From contig CAVWHD010000026.1 of the NCBI GenBank assembly GCA_963754675.1, forward strand, positions 199,298 through 263,297: DNA of 64,000 nt. The letters are read 5' to 3'. This DNA is from an uncultured Alphaproteobacteria bacterium. GTDB taxonomy: Bacteria > Pseudomonadota > Alphaproteobacteria > Rhizobiales > Aestuariivirgaceae. Positions within the stretch are counted from its first letter, which is position 1. Each line of letters starts with the position of its first letter. Position numbers and translations under genes: made by a program. The notes beneath the pieces were generated by a model. It was given only the letters and a program-made list of their open reading frames with translations, was not told where the DNA came from and made no database searches. Positions 59,838 to 64,000 of the stretch are shown here, in pieces.

Positions 59838-61082
59838 ATGGTGTTCAAAGACCAGCGCAAGCTGACCTACCTCAATGCCGATGGGGCCGATAAACCGTTG
59901 AAAAGCCCGGTGCCACGCGATACTCTGCTGAAGGCACGCGCCTATCGCCTGTCGCGCATCCGCCAGGGTCTGATCGCACAAGATTGCGCTGCCGCGCTCC
60001 TCTATGATCCGGTGAACATCCGCTACGCCTTCGACTGCGCCAACATGCAGGTGTGGGCCATGCACAATCCGGTTCGCTACGCCCTGATTCTTACCGAAGG
60101 CCCGGGCATCATGTTTGAGTTTAAGGGCAGTGAACACGTCTGCCGCGGACTTGAAACCATCGATGAGCTACGAATTGCCACTGGCTGGATGTATATGACG
60201 ACGGGCGACCGTGTTCCGGAGAAGCTCGCCCGTTGGGCCGATGAAATTGCCGGTCTCGTTCGCGAACATGGCGGTGGAAATCGCCGGATTGCAATCGATC
60301 GTCTCGATCTGGAGGGTGTGCGGGCCCTGGAAAAGCGTGGCCTCACAGTGCTCGATGGCGCACCACTGACCGAACATGCACGGTCCATCAAGTCAGCCGA
60401 CGAAATCGACTTGATGCGTTGGACCATAAGGGTCTGCGAAGCCGGCATGGCGCGCATCTACGAGTACTCCGTGCCCGGTGCCACCGAGCAGGAACTCTGG
60501 GCCCATCTGCATTTCGAGAATGCCAGATCCGGCGGCGAATGGCTGGAAACTCGCTTGCTGACGTGCGGCGCCCACACCAATCCTTGGTACAGCGAGTGCA
60601 GCGATCGCGTGTGCGAGGCGGGTGAAATGATCTCTTTCGATACCGACATGATCGGGCCCTATGGCTATTGCGCCGATCTCTCGCGCTCGTGGACCTGTGG
60701 ATACACGCCCATGTCCAACAAGCAGCGCGAACTTTATTCCGCAGCCATTGATCAGATCGACCATAATCTCTCCCTCATTCGCGCCGGGCTGTCCTTCGCC
60801 GACTTCAACCACAGGTCATGGCGGATACCCGAGCGTTTTCTGCCTTACCGGTACTCATTGGCCGTGCATGGAGTTGGCATGGCCGACGAATGGCCTGTTG
60901 TCTTGCTGCACCCCGATTTCGAGCACAGCCACGGTGGGCACTTCGAAGAAAACATGGTGGTCTGCGTCGAGAGCCTGATTGCCGAAGAAGGATCGGAAAG
61001 CATAAAACTGGAAACACAGGTGCTTGTTACCGCGACGGGAGCCGAGCGCCTCGACAGTTTTCCCCGGGAGGAATTCCCGTAA
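59838..61082 (+). CDS. M24 metallopeptidase-fold protein, DddP-like
   Basis: DPVNIRYA...NMQVWAMHNP, GGEWLETRLL..G..TNPW..EC, DTDMIGPYGYCADLSR, HGVGMADEWP, CVES, IKLE.QV. Confidence 0.8.
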   Translation: MVFKDQRKLTYLNADGADKPLKSPVPRDTLLKARAYRLSRIRQGLIAQDCAAALLYDPVNIRYAFDCANMQVWAMHNPVRYALILTEGPGIMFEFKGSEHVCRGLETIDELRIATGWMYMTTGDRVPEKLARWADEIAGLVREHGGGNRRIAIDRLDLEGVRALEKRGLTVLDGAPLTEHARSIKSADEIDLMRWTIRVCEAGMARIYEYSVPGATEQELWAHLHFENARSGGEWLETRLLTCGAHTNPWYSECSDRVCEAGEMISFDTDMIGPYGYCADLSRSWTCGYTPMSNKQRELYSAAIDQIDHNLSLIRAGLSFADFNHRSWRIPERFLPYRYSLAVHGVGMADEWPVVLLHPDFEHSHGGHFEENMVVCVESLIAEEGSESIKLETQVLVTATGAERLDSFPREEFP

Positions 61083-61194
61083 AGCTGGCCTGCGGAGCCG
61101 CACTTGACAGGAGCGCTTCAATCGCGCCTCATGACATAAAACCGGGGCGGAGCTTCACACCAATCACAAGCCCCATGGCAACAGGAGAGGGAAC

Positions 61195-62853
61195 ATGGCT
61201 ATCAACTACCGGCTTCTCGACATTCTGCGGCGCGGCCGCAGCGCGCATCAAAATCACCTGATCGACGGGCTGGTGCGAGGCACCGTCAGCCGCCGCGAAT
61301 TCATGCGCTATGGCTCGGTTCTGGGACTTTCGGCGCCCTTCCTCGGCGGCGTCGCCGGCGCCATTGGCTATTCGGTGGCGCCCCGCCCGGCCCGCGCCGC
61401 CATGGCGGGCGGCACCATCCGCGTGGGCCAAATCGTTCCGGCAGCGGCCATCGACCCGGTCAAGATCGCCGATGGTGGCGGCATCACCGTGCTGTCGCAG
61501 GTGGCGGAGACTCTTGTCCTCTCCGGCAAGGACCTCACGGCCGTTCCTGTGCTGGCCGAGAGCTGGTCAACCAACGCCGACGGAACCGTGTGGACCTTCA
61601 AGCTGCGCCAAGGCGTCAAGTTCCACAACGGCAAGGAAATGAAGGCCGGCGACGTCGTCGCCACCTTCGACCGCTTGGCCAATCCCGACAATGGCTCCAA
61701 CGCCCTCTCGGTATTCACTGGCCTCCTGTCCAAGGGCGGCACCCGCAAGGTCGATGACTATACGGTCGAATTCCATCTCGACGCGGCCAACGGCAACTTC
61801 CCCTATGCGGTCTCAACCGACAACTACAATGCGGTCATCCTCCCCGCCGATTTTGCCGGCGACTTCGAAAAGGAAATGATCGGCACCGGGCCCTACAAGC
61901 TGGAAAAATTTACGCCCAAGGTTGGCGCCTCCTTTGTGCGCAATCCCGACTATTGGGGCGGGCCGGCGGGCGCCGACCGCATCGAGCTGAACTTTTATGA
62001 CGACTATCAGCCGGAGATACTGGCGCTTCAGGGCGGACAGATCGACATCATCCAGCAGATCCCGGTGCTGCAGGGCGTCGGTCTTCTCAACGATCCCAAC
62101 TTCGACATCATCAGCACGCCGTCCACCGCCCACCAGCAGGTGCACATGCGCACCGATGTCGACCCATTCAAGGACAAGCGCGTGCGCCGCGCCTTAGCCC
62201 TCTGCCTCGACCGGCCGAAGATCGTTCAGGGCTTGATGAAAGGCCGTGCTCAAGTGGGCAACGACAGCCCGTTTGCGGCGGCCTATCCTTCAACCGACGC
62301 CAGCGTTCCCCAACGTGCCCAAAATATCGCCGAAGCCAAGCAGCTGATGGAAGCCGCAGGCATGGGCAGCGGTTTCAAGACGACGCTGACCACCGAAAAA
62401 TATCTGGAGATACCCGACTTCGCCGTGTTGATCCAGAATGCGGTGAAGGAAATCGGCGGCGCCATCGAGCTGAACATTCTCGATCAGGGCGCCTATTACG
62501 GCGATGCGGTCTATGGCAAGTCGCCATGGCTCGATTCCGACATGGGCATCACCGATTATGGCCATCGCGGCGTGCCCAACGTCTTCCTTGCAGCACCGCT
62601 CGCCAGCACCGGCACATGGAATTCGGCCCACTTTGCCAATGCCGAGTATGATACCTTGGTGAAGGGCTACATCGCCTCGCTTGATCTGGAATCGCAGCGC
62701 GCCGCCGCCAGCAAGATTCAGACTCTGCTGCTCGACGAGACGCCGCTGATGTTCGTCTATTTTTACGACTTCCTGACAGCAACCAAGAAGGGAGCAACCG
62801 GTGTCCAGCCCACCGCCATGGGCCATCTGCTGCTCAATCAGGCGAGTCTTTAG
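61195..62853 (+). CDS. Family-5 ABC substrate-binding protein, Tat-type leader
   Basis: SRREFMRYG, LAESWS...WTFKLRQGVKFHNG, GTGPYKL, RVRRALAL. Confidence 0.92.
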   Translation: MAINYRLLDILRRGRSAHQNHLIDGLVRGTVSRREFMRYGSVLGLSAPFLGGVAGAIGYSVAPRPARAAMAGGTIRVGQIVPAAAIDPVKIADGGGITVLSQVAETLVLSGKDLTAVPVLAESWSTNADGTVWTFKLRQGVKFHNGKEMKAGDVVATFDRLANPDNGSNALSVFTGLLSKGGTRKVDDYTVEFHLDAANGNFPYAVSTDNYNAVILPADFAGDFEKEMIGTGPYKLEKFTPKVGASFVRNPDYWGGPAGADRIELNFYDDYQPEILALQGGQIDIIQQIPVLQGVGLLNDPNFDIISTPSTAHQQVHMRTDVDPFKDKRVRRALALCLDRPKIVQGLMKGRAQVGNDSPFAAAYPSTDASVPQRAQNIAEAKQLMEAAGMGSGFKTTLTTEKYLEIPDFAVLIQNAVKEIGGAIELNILDQGAYYGDAVYGKSPWLDSDMGITDYGHRGVPNVFLAAPLASTGTWNSAHFANAEYDTLVKGYIASLDLESQRAAASKIQTLLLDETPLMFVYFYDFLTATKKGATGVQPTAMGHLLLNQASL

Positions 62854-62907
62854 GCGGCTTGCAGTTGAGAACCGCCGCTCAAATCAGGAAGATGTTGTGG
62901 AAAGAGC

Positions 62908-63003
62908 AGCGGGATGCCAGCTTTCGCTGGCATGACGGGTGAGGGGATATAATTTGATTTACCTCACTTTTTCCGTCGCCCCAGCGAAAGCTGGGGTCCC
63001 GCT
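62908..63003. repeat. Solo CGTC-REP doublet between the SBP and permease genes
   Basis: AGCGGGATGCCAGCTTTCGCTGGCATGACG (62908-62937) and CGTCGCCCCAGCGAAAGCTGGGGTCCCGCT (62974-63003); the spacer resembles that of 15386-15480. Confidence 0.9.
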
Positions 63004-63115
63004 TCTCCCCGCCAGTTCGCAGATGTGGCCATTAGCCGAATTCTTCACAACCCCGAAAGCCGGAATCCAGCTTGCGCCGGGGTGACGGGTCCGGTGTCAA
63101 ATCGGGGGACAATCC

Positions 63116-64000
63116 ATCCTAGGATTCTTGCTGAAGCGCGTTCTGCTGTCGCTGGCAACACTTTGGCTGCTCAGCCTTCTGGTGTTTGCCGGCGGCAGAA
63201 TGCTGCCGGGAAATGTTGGCCGCGCCATGCTTGGTCCGTTCGCCGATCAGCGTGCCGTTGATGTGCTCAATCATGAAATGGGCACCGACCGGCCGCTCGT
63301 CGTCCAGTATGGCGATTGGATCTCGGGCTTTGTCGTGGGCGACCTCGGCAAGTCCTACGCCTACCGGGCGCCGGTCGCCCCGTTTCTTGCAACCGCGCTG
63401 ATCAATTCGTCCAAACTGTCGCTGGTGGCGTTTCTGCTTGTCGTTCCGCTCGGAATTCTGGGCGGTGTCCTGGCCGCCCTCTACCGCGGGCGAGCTGCCG
63501 ACCGCATCATCTCGGTGGCCGGTCTCTCTGCAACCATCGTTCCGGAATTCGTCTCCGGCATCGTGCTTATTCTGGTGTTCGGCGTCTGGCTGCGCTGGTT
63601 TCCGATTTCGGCCACCTGGCCAGCCGGCGCCGGTGCGCTGACCCAACTCTATTATCTGATCCTTCCGGCCCTGCCCCTCGTCCTCATCCTCTTCGGCTAC
63701 ATCGCCCGCATGGCCAGGGCCGGAATGATCGAAGCGCTCGATGCCGAATATACCCGCACCGCCATCCTCAAGGGCCTGTCCTATCCCAAGGTGATCTGGC
63801 GGCATGTGTCTGCGCAACGCCCTCCTGCCGACGATCAGCGTGATCGCCACCCAGACTGTCTATCTGATAGGCGGTCTCGTGGTGATCGAAATCCTGTTTC
63901 ACTATCAGGGCATCGGCAGCCTGATCTTCACCGCGGCGAACAAGAAGGATTTCCCCATGCTGCAGGCCGGCGTCATGGTGGTGGGGGCCCTCTTCGCCGT
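63116..64000 (+). CDS. Dpp/Opp-type ABC permease B, truncated by the window end (frameshift at ~63810)
   Basis: (I/M)LGFLLKRVLLSLATLWLLSLLVF...LPGNVGRAMLG...ARMARAGMIEALDAEYTRTAILKGL. The start codon appears as ATC. Confidence 0.85.
   Translation, partial: MLGFLLKRVLLSLATLWLLSLLVFAGGRMLPGNVGRAMLGPFADQRAVDVLNHEMGTDRPLVVQYGDWISGFVVGDLGKSYAYRAPVAPFLATALINSSKLSLVAFLLVVPLGILGGVLAALYRGRAADRIISVAGLSATIVPEFVSGIVLILVFGVWLRWFPISATWPAGAGALTQLYYLILPALPLVLILFGYIARMARAGMIEALDAEYTRTAILKGLSYPKVIWRHVSAQRPPADDQRDRHPDCLSDRRSRGDRNPVSLSGHRQPDLHRGEQEGFPHAAGRRHGGGGPLRR

Noticed and set aside
2123-64000. About 20 frameshifted genes read as pseudogenes or programmed frameshifts
   Set aside because: Nearly all those I traced are single extra bases in otherwise intact genes, including conserved ettA, with no slippery motifs or accumulated stops. 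Sequencing or assembly error is the simplest explanation; short reads would settle it.

Overview
GC-rich alphaproteobacterial (Hyphomicrobiales/Rhizobiales-like) chromosomal window. I found no rRNA, tRNA, CRISPR array, integrase or transposase. About 20 genes are split by single extra bases, most likely long-read indel errors. Layout: (1) 1-4.8 kb: L,D-transpeptidase, a low-GC wHTH + wHTH-HEPN gene pair (candidate defence system), ettA and a RES-Xre toxin-antitoxin pair. (2) 4.8-8.8 kb: TerC, then a coupled operon of a divergent Lgt-like protein, a Tes/GDGT-MAS-like radical SAM enzyme and three small membrane proteins sharing an L/F-F-x-GGC lipobox-like motif. This is my best candidate for an undescribed system. 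(3) 8.9-26 kb: hybrid histidine kinase with a CtrA-type box, DUF559 nuclease between repeat units, hydantoinase/oxoprolinase, aldo-keto reductase, gluconolactonase, alpha-2-macroglobulin + pbpC, DUF4202 and DUF1194. (4) 26-64 kb: an FG-GAP/RTX protein and a large methylated-amine/betaine catabolism region (2 MttB, 2 OYE-type flavoenzymes, BetI-like TetR with two matching operators, LysR, 2OG oxygenase, Rieske oxygenase, DddP-like M24 enzyme, 3 CocE/NonD hydrolases, 3 family-5 ABC systems). Two families of palindromic REP-like repeats occur across the window. One clusters around a GIY-YIG gene and the other around the DUF559 gene, resembling RAYT-REPIN systems but with different enzymes. All family assignments are by motif recognition, not database search.
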